A program made the position numbers and the translations under genes. Under the pieces are notes generated by a model that worked only from the letters and a program-made list of their open reading frames with translations, made no database searches and was not told the DNA's origin. Positions 11,045-23,742 of a stretch of 64,000 nucleotides of DNA are shown here, in pieces. This stretch comes from Octopus vulgaris (Eukaryota), in contig OX597834.1 in assembly GCA_951406725.2 (NCBI GenBank), positions 3,906,001-3,970,000 on the forward strand, written 5' to 3'. Within the stretch, counting starts at the first letter, position 1. Every line of letters starts with the position of its first letter.

Positions 11045-11600
11045 GTCTGTGCGAAGTGCTTGTCTACTAACCTAAGCAATATTCTCCCCACAAGTTTTAA
11101 TGTTGAGTGAGAAGGGTGGGGAAAACCAAACGACCTTCCTATGGCGTTCCTTTTGCGGGTGCTAGGGCGCGACATATAGATGTAGTGCTTAAACCCTCTG
11201 GATGCCAGGGCTTCGTTGTGATAGGGAACCGGGACGTTGAAAATTTCTTGATTTGGGGACAGATTCGATATCTTCTTGTTAACACCCTTCACTAGGTTTC
11301 TGAACATGATAGGCGGGTGGCAGGAGGCTGTGTTTATGTACGACGCCTCTCGTTTGGTTTGCGGTAAGGCCTGTATAAACCAGAGCCCAAGTCTAGCGTG
11401 ACATCCAGGAAGTTAACGATGGTGACTAGCGCCCTCGGCTCTATTGTTGAGTCCTAGGACGCTAGTCAAGTCCTTTTAAGTCTATCAAGGGTGTGCCTAT
11501 TGGCTCCTCTAGAGTTGGCCAAAGCGTCATCTCTGTAGAGACCAAAGAGGACTGAAGGGAACGTCTTCCCTGTTCGCCCTTTAAGACCGTAAGATTTGCC
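11045..11600 (-). mobile_element. Penelope-like element reverse transcriptase fragment (frameshifted)
   Basis: Minus translations GLYRDDALAN (RT catalytic motif), VNFLDVTLDL, YRPYRKPN, CHPPIMFRNL, RKRN..VGRILLRLVDKHF are typical of the PLE RT/thumb/linker. Confidence 0.8.
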
Positions 11601-11846
11601 AACCGAACTGGTCTAAGGGAGACTGTTTATGGCTGAAACAGAGTATATTATTGTTTTTACAAATTAACTGAAGTTAGATGCCCGTCGCAACTGGAGTCAG
11701 ACGAGTTGTCTATAAAGCTAAGCGCTTCATGGATGCGAATCCATTGGGAACTCTGTGACTGGGCAGATATATTTATACTTCATGTAAATACATTACTACT
11801 TTAACGTTTAGAGTATGCTTCCTTTTCGGATATATAATACTCCGAC

Positions 11847-11874
<28 letters not shown>

Positions 11875-11877
<3 letters not shown>

Positions 11878-12082
11878 TGAGCGAAATCACCTAAAACTCC
11901 ACAAGACTCCGGCGATCCCTGCTGTACTCTTTTGACACAACTTTCTCTCACTCTTTCTTCTGTTGGCCTGCTCGCTTAGCCAGTGGGGTGGTGTCATTTG
12001 AAGGCTAAAACAATGCGAAGCGCATTGTGACCAGCGATGTGTAGCAACATCTGATAGCCTGGTCGGTCACATGATCACGTGA
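11875..12082 (+). mobile_element. SINE family D, 3' part
   Basis: Reverse complement of 22575-22800. Confidence 0.8.
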
Positions 12083-12108
12083 TATATATATATATGTATG
12101 TATATAGG

Positions 12109-12140
<32 letters not shown>

Positions 12141-13949
12141 CATATATATATATAATACCTTGTGTGACTACTGTATCTCCAGGTAGATTTTCGTGTTCCA
12201 AGTATAGTGGTTATGTAACTACTATACTCAGTAGTTATGAAATAAGATAAACTCGAGTTTATAATTGCTTGGAACGCTGCATTGAATGTTCCAAATGCAT
12301 TTAGATGCTTAATCAGAACGGATTGGCCCTTGAGTGTGGTGTTTCTCATATTTTTGTAAGAAAGAATTGTAGGGAATGGACTGAGTCTTAGTATTGAGTC
12401 AACCAACAACTGAGCTCTATCGTAACTCCAACCCAAAAGGTAAAAGGGACAAAATTAATGTTAGACACAATGAATCTTAAAAACATAAGAATGAAAGCAT
12501 GTGCACACACATATATCTAGTCTTCTATCCGTTCCAGACAATGGATTCTGGTTGTACTGGGATACCATCTATATGAATATACTAAAGAATGTGTCTGGTT
12601 TCTTACAAATGTAATATAATTTCTTACATTGGTGCATACCACAAATGTGCAGAGAAGAGATAATAGACTAAATTAATTTGACCAGAATATATCAATAAAC
12701 CTTATTGGAGCCAATGAAGGTGATCTGGTCCACCACTTATTCTGAACAGTTGGACAAAGTGTCATTGAAAAGCTACACACATCTGTTTGGGGGTCAACAT
12801 ATAATATTGTGCTCTGCCAAAATCTGAATTGTGCTTTGTTGCCATTTTGTATCCATGTTACTCAAGGGAACTGAATAGCTTTTGTCAACTTGCAGCAAGA
12901 ATGTTGGTTGTGATGCCTTTCCTCAGCACCTCTTCTAAGTCACCCTCTATTCTAGTTTTCTTTATCATTACTTCCTCGCTAAACCTTGCCAATTCTACAT
13001 TAATTGCCCTTTGCAGAGCAAACCAATATTTGTTGTTGAGAACTGCCCTCATCAACCCCTGCTAATTAATTAATACAGCCTTTGTAATCTTGGTGGCGCA
13101 CTGTGAGTGATATGTTTAGTTCCCAGTGACCAGGCTCTTGTCTTCAAAGACCAAGATGACCATACAGATCACAAATTTGGGTCTGTGTAGCTGATCCTTT
13201 TATACTGTGGACAACCCATGCAATCCTTATCTTTTGGAATACAAAAACATTTTACCAATCGGTATGACTTTAAGCAGTTTGACCAAGTCCACATTGGTAC
13301 ATTTTGGAAAACCCAGTTATTATCGGTCAGTTAGAAACATTTGAATCTTCCCTCCCCTATCAGTTACCTTGATACAGTCCAAGAGTATATCCGAGATACT
13401 GTTTCAATATCCCGCTAGTACTAAGGAGCAGGACATTCCAAGAAACATTCAAGCTACCAAAAAAATCTGGTCATCCCTGTCAGGCCATAGGAGGCTACGT
13501 GTTTCAAAGTATGGCCCTCACTGCTGGTGTCTATAATAAGATCCAGAATTCTCTGAAACAACACAACTCTGCTTCCCAGTTAACCTGGATTTGAGTATAC
13601 CTTGTACCCATTGAAAATGGGTGTAATATCTATTGTCCCATAAACTCTGGACATGCTAATGGCCACCATATCTATGTCTACTGACCCAAGATTGTTGAAC
13701 AGGTGTCCTTGCTTCCACGACGATTCCAGGACATGTGCATTTGCACCACCTAAAGAAGGCCATGTTAAAACAGATGAAACAGGTCCATTTACCTTAATGC
13801 AGTGGAAAGATAGATATTCCATCCTTCCAGCTAATGGATGTTTCCACTCTTAAATCTTTTAATAATCTTTTATCATCTCCCCACCCTGCCCAGAAATCTT
13901 CCTTTCCATCAGGTTATAATTCGGCTGCATGTTTATTGAGTTATTTTAA

Positions 13950-14270
13950 GAATTCAGCATGGCCGTATGGTAAGAAGTTGGTTTTTCAAACACATTTTCC
14001 TGGGTTCAGCCCCACTGCATGGTATCTTGGCCAAGTACCTTCTGCTATAAACTTTGGTCAACCAAAGTCTTGTGAGTGGATTTGATAGATGGAAACAAAG
14101 TCTGTTGTATGCATATGTGTGTGTGTGTGTGTGTGTGTCTGAGTTTGTCCCCTGCCACCATAATGACTAGGTTTTACTAAAGATAAGTTCTGGGGTTGAT
14201 ATGTTCAACTAAAATCCAAGGCAGTGCCCCAACATGGCCACAGTCTAACAACCGAAACAAGTAAAAGGTC
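13950..14270 (+). mobile_element. SINE family A (old copy)
   Basis: gcatggccgtatggtaagaagttg...gggttcagcccc...ccgaaacaagtaaaag. Confidence 0.75.
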
Positions 14271-14409
14271 TATATTGGTATGTCATTTGTTGGTGTGATG
14301 AAATCATGAAGTTTGATGTGGCTTACTAGTTCTCTGTTGTTTGTACTTCTGATTGTAGTCTCTTTGTAGATGTTGATGTTGATGTTGAGTGAAGGGGTCT
14401 TCTGTAGTG

Positions 14410-14640
14410 AGAGAAGTCCGAAACGTGGTCCTTTGCTATTCGTTAGACCCGCAGAAGAGAAAGCAGGTCAACCCCCGACACCGAGAGCATCAACGGATGG
14501 ATGAATGCACATCCAGGCTCAGCGGTTGCGTAGGAAGTCGGGGACAAGAAACAAGAAGAAAGAGTGGGAGAAAGTTGGAGCGAAAGATTACAACAGGGGT
14601 CGCCACCACCCCCTGCCAGAGCCTCGTGGAGCTTTAGGTG
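14410..14640 (-). mobile_element. SINE family D variant
   Basis: Near-identical to 29075-29300. Confidence 0.75.
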
Positions 14641-15637
14641 TAGATGTTGCTCATGTCATTGGAATGGCTGTGGATTCAGTTGTGCTAGTCTTTGTGATGT
14701 TGGTAGTATTGGTGGTGGTGTAAATAGTTTAGGTGGTGGTGGTGGTGGTGGTGTTGGGTGTTATTTCTTCCATTTGTTTGAACCTCCCAGCATTTTTTTT
14801 GTTGTTGTTGGTGTGTCTCTTTTTCTTTTTGATTACTTTCAGTGATTTAGTTTGTTCCCTGTCACTTTTGCCAGGAAATGTCTGAGTGACCTCAAGCAGA
14901 GAAAAGCATGTTTTGTGGGTGCTTGCCTTTTTTACTGTTGTTGTTGTTGTTTGGGGGCTTTCAATTATCATTGTTGTTGGTGATGGATTGGACCTTGAGG
15001 CTGGTGTTCCTTTTTTTTTTTTATTGCTTTCACTATTAAAATTACCATTTCCCTTGCAGCTGATTTTTCTATTGCAGTTGCATGCTACAATAAGGTGCTG
15101 CTGCTGTGGTGATGGTCATCCTTCTCCTCTCCCTTGTTGTGGACATAAAAGCCTTCTGATAGTTTGCATTACCATACAAGTAACACCTTAGCTTTCAGTT
15201 GTAAGCCACCTGGCAAACTAATCAGGCCTGGGACAGCTTTCATACTTTCTTGATCTATTTGATCAATACCTCCATCCCTTGGCCTAATTTTTTCTACAGC
15301 TTCTGGACCTGTAATACATGGCTTTTGTCCTCTATATTGAAAAAGAACAGATGCCGCCATCTAACAGATGTCCACTTCTGGTGGCACACTGACAGCCTTT
15401 ATTTTCACTACTCTCTGGCTAAAGTACATTGGCACGAGGACCAGTTTGTTACTATTTAGGGGTGCTGTGGAGTGCTTGCTGGTTTCATCCATTGTTGGAA
15501 AAATCTCACCTGCATCATACTCAGTCTTTTGCACCTATGTGTACCTCGGTGGTCCCAGATTAGGCTGAGATATTTGCCTACTTGCTATGGTATTGCTTAC
15601 TATATTACCCTGTTTCTTACTCCTATACATCTAAATA

Positions 15638-16046
15638 TATTTCTTTACTGCCCACAAGGGGCTAAACACAGAGAGGACAAACAAGGACAGACAAGTGGAT
15701 TAAGTCGATTAGATTGACTCCAGTGCGTAACTGGTACTTATTTAATCGACCCCGAAAGGATGAAAGGCAAAGTCGACCTCGGCAGAATTTGAACTCAGAA
15801 TGTAACGGCAGACGAAATACCTATTTCTTTACTACCCGCAAGGGGCTAAACACAGAGAGGACAAACAAGGACAGATGAACGAATTAAGTCAATTATATCG
15901 ACCCCAGTGCATATCTGGTACTTATTTAATTGACCCCGAAAGGATGGAAAGCAAAGTTGACCTCAGCAGAATTTGAACTCAGAACGTAACGGCAGACAAA
16001 ATACGGCTACGCATTTCGCCCGGTGTGCTAACGATTCTGCCAGCTC
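15638..16046 (-). mobile_element. SINE family B, head-to-tail dimer
   Basis: Two consecutive bodies; only the 16046-side copy has the tRNA-like head. Confidence 0.85.
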
Positions 16047-16564
16047 ATGATAGCTTAGTGATTAGTTTCTTACAAAATATTTTCTGGAATATTCTAGGAT
16101 ATGATACTACCATATCTTATGAGGAAGTTTTTAGCAGTTTTTCAAATCCTGGATAGATAAGAAAATGTCTTCCTGTGTGGACCCTACAGCAGTGAAATCA
16201 CAACCAGTCAACATATTTGTTTCAGCAATTTGATTGCTTATTGTATTGGTGTTAATTAATGCAGGTGATGATGGCAGTAGCAGTAATTGTTGTACAGGTG
16301 TCATTGACAGGTGTGTTGTTCTCGTTTTCATTGTTGGTGTTGTTTTGGTCAGACTGGTGAGAGTGGTAATACTTTGGTTTAACATGCAGAAGGCACTGTT
16401 ATCACTGCTCAAACTCCTCTGGTTTTCTCTCAAATATTTAAATGCCATGTTTTGAATATTCTAAAAAGGAATCGGTAAATTTCATGCAAACAACTGCAAC
16501 TTCTGCACTGAGCTGAGGAGTTTCTTAGAAGAAACCATTATGTTGGTGATTTTACAGACAACGT

Positions 16565-16720
16565 CATCATCATTGTCATCGTTTAACGTCCGTTTTCCGC
16601 GCTAGCACGGGTTGGACGGTTCGACTGGGGTCTGGGAAGCCAGGGGCTGCACCAGGCTCCAGTCTGATCTGGCAGTGTTTCTACAGCTGGATGCCATTCC
16701 TAACGCCAACCACTCTGCGA
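16565..16720 (-). mobile_element. Repeat family C (SINE or RTE-like 3' end with (GAT)n tail)
   Basis: catcgtttaacgtccg...ctacagctggatgcc..cctaacgccaaccactc. Confidence 0.75.
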
Positions 16721-18024
16721 GCAATATTTTTTGAACATGGATGTTTGAAAAAACAGTTAAAATAAACCACCACAACAACAAGAACAATAATTTTCCAGCA
16801 CTAATGTCACACTAGCGTAACTCAATGATAAATTCAGAAAAAAAATAAATACTTCAGAAAACTTTATTTTAAGACAACAATTTTTTGTTTTAAAAGGAAA
16901 TGAAAAACAAAACTGAGGGATTTGATGCGTTGATCGAATTGGTGGACCTGGAAAAAATTACTTGTTTAAAATACATGATGTTTGCTCTTCCTTCATAACA
17001 CCAATTACTAATGAAAAATATAAGCATGTGTGTGTGTACCTATGTATTCATGTAATATATGTGTATACTCACACACACACACACACACACATCCGTTCTT
17101 AACACAGTTGCATTAGATTATGTTATTTTATTAAAGAAAACAAAGCTGCATTGATAAATATATAACTTTAACCTTTTCTGTTGCTAAGGAAAAATAAAAC
17201 AAATATTAGATAATCTTAAAAAAAATTAACATAGAATTAAAAAAAAAAAAACATTCTGAATGTATATGAATTTATCATTATCATATACATACATGGAGTT
17301 AATCATTTGTCATTTGTATGTTGTTTATGTATATAAATGTGTTTTATGTATGGCTATACATAAAGATATTCAAAAATAACAGAAAAATGTAATGTATAAA
17401 ATTTATTTTTATAAAAAAAAGGTTAACAGTAACTTCAACAGGCTGACTGATGAAGATGATCGTTAGCGAAACTTTGGAGTTACAGTCAACTATTTTTTTG
17501 TAAAAATAAATAAATATAAATATGTGTGTATGTATGCATGTGTGAGCGTGTGTGTGTGTGTGTATATACACACACACATGCACACACAATCTTTGTTGCA
17601 TACATATGATGTATGTATTAACCGTTTATTATTTTACATCCATTTTCTAGACTTGCAAAGTTGGTTTCGTTGGATGGCATTCCAATTACTAAACCAACTT
17701 TTATGCCAATCAGACACACAAAAAGAGTTAGTGTCACTAAAAGTGGTATTAATAAATATTAATACTATAACAAACAATACCTATTGTCAGTCCCTAGTGG
17801 AATGAGAACCATTCCTGTTGTAATCTCTATTATAAATCTCTAGGAATTGAAAATAGGAATTCTGTACATAATTATGTGAATAACAACACTACTTTCTTAG
17901 CATCTTGCTCCTATATTCTTTAAACCATTAGATCGTATGAAATTTGTCCCACAAATTAACACACAGGTATGTCTTACCTGTATGTGTGTTACCTGTATGT
18001 GCATTTAATGCATTTAAACTTAGT

Positions 18025-19074
18025 TTAAAGTGTAGGAACATGTTCTTCAATTCTTTTCCAAATGTGGTTCTCTTTGGAATGTTCCGTAGTCCTACCTGAA
18101 GTGGGAATTGGACTGCTGTCGATTCCATAGCTGAAAAGCAGTTTAACTACCTGGTTATTTCTATGCGACATCAGCTGCTCCAGGTGATGCCACAAATAAT
18201 CAGCGGAGGTAATTGGTGTGGTTCTGCCGTTTTCGGCATCGCCAACACCATGGTCACTCGCATTGTTATGGGGATAATAAATGGACGTCAAAGCTGTGGT
18301 ATTAGGGGAGGGAGAAGCTTCGGTTCTTTCGGAAACATTAGCTGTAGTAGTAGTAGTAGCAGCAGCGCTAGAAGTCAGTGTGGTAGTGGCAACAGTAGAA
18401 GAGTCTATTGAAGTAGCAGCAACGGCAGAGCTAAAGGTAATGGTAGGTAGAGTAGGAGGTGTGGTATCAATAATAGTATTTGGTGTTGTAGTTGTACTGA
18501 CTCTAGTGCCAGCGAGAGTTTTGTACACATCAATGCGGTTGTCATTTATTGTTGTCTTTTCTGAAAGGTGAGAATCTGTGCCTGTGCAAGAAGGAAGAGT
18601 GTTAGAGTCAGTGCCCCTAATGTCACAGTGAATGCAGCTGTCATTACCTGCACAATCATTTCCCCCACCTTTGCCGCCTCCAACGTCTAGAGAAGAGGAA
18701 GCAGAAGAACCGGAATCAACTGTTTTTTGCTGAGCACAAATCGGAAGATTCCGGGTCTTTGAAATGCTTCGCTCACCAGCAATGTGATTGCCTGAACGGT
18801 TATCACTCTGGCTGTGAGAACTGTAGTTGTCACCACAGGTATCACAGTTTGGTGATAACAGTTGAAACTGTCCTTCAGAAGAAGACGTAAGTGGGGGCAA
18901 AGCTGGCCTTGGTTCCAGGGACACCGTTTGCAAGATGTTCCTGTTTGAGTGGATGTCAGCATCCTGAGTACTGTTGTTACAATTGGTATCAGCTGATAAC
19001 GGCAGAGGATAGGACAGTTGACCCTCCGGCACCTTAGTTCTATTGCCAGGAACTTTGATACCATTAAATGAGTT
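18025..19074 (-). CDS. Terminal coding exon of an unidentified gene; ~349-aa Ser/Thr-rich region ending ...HIWKRIEEHVPTL*
   Basis: Longest open frame in the window, not repeat-derived; strong acceptor ttttctctctttctctctcttttcAG|AAC at 19075/19074 in phase 0; TAA at 18025-18027; followed by AT-rich UTR-like sequence. Confidence 0.8.
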   Translation of the reverse strand, partial: NSFNGIKVPGNRTKVPEGQLSYPLPLSADTNCNNSTQDADIHSNRNILQTVSLEPRPALPPLTSSSEGQFQLLSPNCDTCGDNYSSHSQSDNRSGNHIAGERSISKTRNLPICAQQKTVDSGSSASSSLDVGGGKGGGNDCAGNDSCIHCDIRGTDSNTLPSCTGTDSHLSEKTTINDNRIDVYKTLAGTRVSTTTTPNTIIDTTPPTLPTITFSSAVAATSIDSSTVATTTLTSSAAATTTTTANVSERTEASPSPNTTALTSIYYPHNNASDHGVGDAENGRTTPITSADYLWHHLEQLMSHRNNQVVKLLFSYGIDSSPIPTSGRTTEHSKENHIWKRIEEHVPTL

Positions 19075-19229
19075 CTGAAAAGAGAGAGAAAGAGAGAAAA
19101 AAATAAAGAAAATATGTATATATAAATAAATATTTAATTAATTTATGAATTTTTAAAACAGAGATTTCAATTAAAAAAAAGGAAAGTAAACATTATTCTG
19201 ATTATATTATTCTAGATTTCAAAATTCAA

Positions 19230-20420
19230 ACATTAATGACAAACCAAACTCAGAAAATACAAAACAATGGCACAGAAGCAATACAGCTACAAGACTATGC
19301 AGATGCCTACGATCTTAGGAATTATTTTGCTGGAATTGAAGAAACTGTTAAACCCAGAACAGACTTCAACAGATAATCTTCTAACTGCAGATGCTCTGCC
19401 ATCTCGACACGAGTCACAAGATATCCTCCAAATGCTGGAAGAGACATTTTTTCCCTTCTCTGCTGAATCAGAATTCAACAATAGCAGAGGATTTCTTGAG
19501 AAATATGTCACACCATCCTCAACAGCCATGGATGATGAATAGACAACAACAATTTCAAGAGTATGAACCAAATGAAACTATGGCGCAGGAGTGGCTGTGT
19601 GGTAAGTAACTTGTTTACCAACCACATGGTTCCAGGTTCAGTCCCACTGCGTGGCACCTTGGGCAAGTGTCTTCTACTATAGCCTCGGGCCAACCAAAGC
19701 CTTCCGAGTGGATTTGGTAGATGGAAACTGAAAGAAGCCCATCGTATATATGTATATATATATATGTGTGAGTGTGTTTGTGTTTGTCCCACCAACATCA
19801 CTTGACAACCGATGCTGGTGTTTTTTTGTCACCGTCACTTAGCGGTTCGGCAAAACAGACCGATAGAATAAGTACTGGGCTTACAAAGAATAAGTCCCAG
19901 GGTCGATTTGCTCGATTAAAGGCGGTGCTCCAGCATGGCCGCAGTCAAATGACTGAAACAAATAAAAGAGTAAAAGAGAGTATGAAATTTTCCAGGACCA
20001 GACAACATCCCTTTTGAATTACTAAAATAAGGGTGGCTACTTCTTGAAACCAGGCTTTTCAATCAGATCGTGGAAATATAAGACTGCCAATTTCCCAATG
20101 AATTTCAAAAATCTTATGGGTTTTATCACAGAACAGCATTGCATTAATTGCTCTTCATTGTAGGGAAAATATTAGCAAGAATCCATCTAAACCTTTTCCA
20201 GACCATTTCAGAGAAGGTTTCTCCTGAATTTCAATGTAGTTTATGTGCCTCTCGTGGCACAGTTGACATGGTTTTCTGTGTTAGAAAAGCAGGGTGTAAC
20301 AGAAAAGTACTCTTCGTTAATTAGTGTGCCCAGAAATGCCATGTGGATGGTCCTTCAACGCTTTGCTTGCCTAATTCAAACACTACACTACATGTGACAG
20401 GTTGTGCTTTTCATGGAAAC
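19230..20420 (+). mobile_element. Degraded RTE-clade LINE ORF fragment split by a SINE
   Basis: PGPDNIPFELLK, GKILARI, PEFQCSLCASRGTVDMVFCVR are RTE RT motifs; ORF 19267..19542 resembles the pre-RT linker. Confidence 0.8.
19581..19980 (+). mobile_element. SINE family A, full length
   Basis: GGCGCAGGAGTGGCTGTGTGG (A box), GGTTCAGTCCC (B box), internal (TA)/(TG), tail gactgaaacaaataaaagagtaaaag. Confidence 0.9.
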
Positions 20421-20524
20421 AAACCAGACCAGAACTGCTTCAACAAGCCTCACTCCATTCCCATCAGAACTGATCGTTCTCAAGTCAAAAGAAAAAAATG
20501 TTTAAAAAAGTCTTATACCAAGTC

Positions 20525-20553
20525 TTATATCTTTGACCTTGAACTAATCTGAC
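20525..20553 (-). CDS. Candidate alternative terminal exon (G)QISSRSKI*
   Basis: Pyrimidine tract cttttcttctttttttt..ttttttgtgccAG|; phase-1 compatible with donor 47642; duplicate of 25320-25348. No transcript evidence. Confidence 0.3.
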
Positions 20554-20807
20554 CTGGCACAAAAAAGTTTTAAAAAAAAGAAGAAAAGATACTGCAACAA
20601 CAACTATACTCCTCTCTGCTCCCCCTTTATTGCTCCCTTTGTTTCTGTTCATTTTACACAAGATTGGCCCTCTCAGTCACCAATGACATTAACAGGGAGG
20701 AACTACTCAATCCATAAAGAAATTGAAATTCTCAGACTCAAGAAATCGTATTTCTTTTCAAGATAACATTTTCAAGATTTCTCAAAAACTTCTGTTCTTA
20801 TAATATA

Positions 20808-21195
20808 CTAGCAGTATCACCCGGCGTTGCTCGGGTTTGTAAGGGAAATAACTATATAAGCATTTTTAGAGATGTAAAGTATAACAGCCATCTCAATATG
20901 GCTAACCACAAAGGTTACTGTAGCTTTTTACATTCTGAGATTTAATAATAAATTTTTAGAGAGTTACTTCCCTTATATATGCCAAAAATGCATTAAAATC
21001 GGAAAAATTGATGGTAAATTTTTTTTTAAATCGTAGACTCATTGTAAACGCGTGCTAGTACCCAGAAGGGCTCGATATGAATCACGACTATAAGATACCC
21101 GGTTTTGGTTAAACTGCACCGCAAAATGTGGGAGTAGTTAGGAATCTAAATCGTAGGAGACAGACAGCACACAACCTCTCTTTTATATATAAAGA
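20808..21195 (-). mobile_element. Non-autonomous Helitron-like element
   Basis: ctagcagtatcacccggcgttgctcggg 3' end; homologous to 2214-2595. Confidence 0.8.
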
Positions 21196-22574
21196 TTTGA
21201 GGTGTGGAAAATATGCTTATGGTACAATGATAATATTGACAGTGGTGTGAGATAAGATGAAGAAATAATGTTATGGTAATAATGTTTTAGGTTATTAACC
21301 TCATCATTAGATATGGAAGATTTTTTTTCATATTTACATCGACACAATATTTTGATCAGTTTGATCTCCAATCATCATTAAGTATCTTATTCCTGGATAT
21401 ACATTGTATTGGACTGGATTTGAACTAAGAACCAATGGTAATGGTGCTTGCTCCTGTCCATGTATCAATGGCATAGTGTACCTATTTCTGTGGGTAAGAG
21501 CATTTTCTTTTTATTGAATTTATTTGACAAACCCTGCGACTTGTGAGATTGATGTGGTTAAAAGTTCCAAGTTGCAGCAAAAAGCATGTGCAGGGATAGA
21601 ATTCGTGGAAGAAGGACTGGTTCAGACAAAATACAAGAGATGAGACGAGTAAGCTGCATGTAGTTGAGGGGGAGGTAATAGAATCCAGCCAGTTCAGAGG
21701 AGCAGATCATTGTAACAGTGGTAGAAGCAGAGAGAGAGAGAAGAAAGGACCTCTGAAAGGCCGAAAGGTTGGAATGTGTTAGCGAGCAGTTTTGTGTTGA
21801 TCAGGTGGACTTTCTTTCAATACAGTTGGAAATGTTTGAATGGGTAGCAATAACACTGCCCCAGGTATGGGAGTACTCTATTGTGAGTTTCATCTGGAAT
21901 TTGTAGGGGATTAAAAGTTCATAAGGGATTAAGTATTTTCTAGTTAAGAGGAGGAAAGCCAGTCTTTTTGATGCTGAGTATTTCCACTTACCAGGAGATA
22001 TTCTCCAGTGATTAGAATAGCCTAAAATTTGTAGCAACTTTCTAGTTATATGCTGTTCCTGTCTAGGAAGGGTGTGTGATGGTTGTGTTATCGGTTGTGA
22101 CTATGTCTCTGTGCTGTTGAAGAAGAGAACAAGATTGGTGCAAACTCCATTGAAAAGTGTTCATGGAGTCAATGTAGGTTTGATGCAAGGCATCTAAGTT
22201 GCACGGGAGTGAAAGGATAGGAACAGGTATTGTTGGATACAATGGGTAGATCGTTGACATAAAAAGGAATGAGTGGGGTACAAAGCCAAACTTTGAGGCA
22301 GAGCAGAGTTGATAGAGTGGGGGTCAGAGAGAGTAAAGTACATAGAAGTGCTGAAAGGTTGGTAAGAGTGCAGAGGTAGAGAGTTTTGATAGACTTGCAA
22401 ACTGGAACTAGTTTAATTGATTTGTTGTGCTTTGAGATTCATGCATCAGACACAGTCAGAAGCTTCGTTATGTTTAATTTTGGATAAGGGTTCCTAATTA
22501 AAATCTGATCCAGTTCTAATGCATCTGATGGTGATTAAAAATCGAATCAACTGAAATGTAGCATTAATGTAAAT

Positions 22575-22888
22575 ATCACCGTGATCACCGTGACCGACCA
22601 GGCCATCAGATGTTGTTACACATCACTGGTCACAATGTGCTTCGCATTGTTTTAGTCTTCAAATGATGTCACCCCACTGGCTAAGCGAGCAGGCCAACAG
22701 AAGAAAGGGTTAGAGAAAGTTGTGGTGAAAGAGTACAGCAGGGATCACCACCACCCCCTGCTGGAGCCTCGTGGAGATTTAGGTGTTTTTCGCTCAATAA
22801 ACACTCACAACACCCGGTCTGGGAATCGAAACCGTGATCCTACGACCGTGAGTCCGCTGCCCTAACCACTGGGCCATTGTGCCCCCAC
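22575..22888 (-). mobile_element. tRNA-derived SINE family D, full length
   Basis: Minus head GGCACAATGGCCCAGTGGTTAGGGCAGCGGACTC...GGTTTCGATTCCC (A and B boxes). Confidence 0.85.
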
Positions 22889-23324
22889 AATATAAATATA
22901 AAATGAATAATTTGATTTTTAGAGATGAGATTAACAGTTCTCAAATTATAATAACTCATTTCAAATATTCAGACATTTAATGATGATATTAGTTTAGAAA
23001 TAATTATTATTAGTTCTTTTTAAGTGGTAGCATATTACTAGTGACAGGATATGAACCAACAAACCTTTGGTTGGTTGTCAGTTAATCACGGCCCACATTT
23101 CCTCCCATGCAGTATGTTTTCTTGACAATATTTCTACTCTGAAGACTATCTTTGGGTTTCAATTAAAGCTCAAATATAGTCAAGCTTTTATGTATATTGT
23201 GCAAGTATTCATTAACTGAAGGCTCACACCTTTGTTTAAATTTGATTTCAACCTAAAGGCAAGAAACCCAGTCTTTATTAACGATGTCATAATTATGTGA
23301 CCATTGTGGTCACATAATTACGTG

Positions 23325-23520
23325 CAGGTGGCACGTAAAAAGCACCCACTACACTCATAGAGTGGTTGGCGTTAGGAAGGGCATCCAGCTGTAGAAACAT
23401 TGCCAGATAAGACCGGAGCCAGGTGCAGCCTCCTGGCTTCCCAGATCCACGGTCGAACCGTCCAACCCATGCTAGCATGGAAAGCGGACGTTAAACGATG
23501 ATGATGATGATGATGATGAT
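23325..23520 (+). mobile_element. Repeat family C with (GAT)n tail
   Basis: ggcacgtaaaaagcacccactacactc...ggacgttaaacgatgatgatg. Confidence 0.8.
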
Positions 23521-23742
23521 GTGATGGTTGTGTGATGGGTGGAGGAGAAATTACTGGGTGATGTTTATAAATCAAGTATTTGCAAGTGTTGTTGTTGTTG
23601 TTGTTTGCAATATAAATCCTTAAATGTCCTTCACTAGAAAAGGGAAAAAATATGAGATAATTTATATGAATAACGAAGTAACGCAAAGCACAGTGGAAAC
23701 GGGTTCTAACTAAAAAGGGGCTTTACAGTGCATTTTCTTCAC

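Larger units (their letters stand above)
12650..16460 (-). mobile_element. Degraded L1/Tx1-clade LINE (ORF1 and APE endonuclease), interrupted by three SINEs
   Basis: ~13800: LSFHCIKVNG..GHLFNNLGSVDIDMVAIS..FNGYKVYS (APE N-terminus); ~13290: PMWTWSN..CPQYKRISYTD (APE C-terminus); ~15170: decayed zinc knuckle RCYLYGNANYQKA..CP in ORF1; many stops. Confidence 0.7.

Noticed and set aside
16131-16448. 105-aa minus ORF as a further host exon
   Set aside because: Lies beyond the stop at 18025, lacks clear splice sites and is collinear with the decayed Tx1-like ORF1.
17928-18128. Overlapping minus ORF with CAG|GTAAG-like donors near 17977
   Set aside because: Different frame from the long exon; the donor lies after the stop and I found no downstream coding exon. 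A UTR intron is not excluded.
19267-19571. Opposing 91-aa and 94-aa ORFs as host exons
   Set aside because: The plus ORF is continuous with RTE RT motifs after the SINE; it is LINE-derived.
19581-19660. tRNA gene
   Set aside because: A and B boxes are present, but it is the head of a multi-copy SINE; the same holds at ~22850, ~29360 and ~62860.
21400-22560. Purine-rich stretch resembling a retroelement 5' region
   Set aside because: No diagnostic motif recovered by eye; left unannotated.
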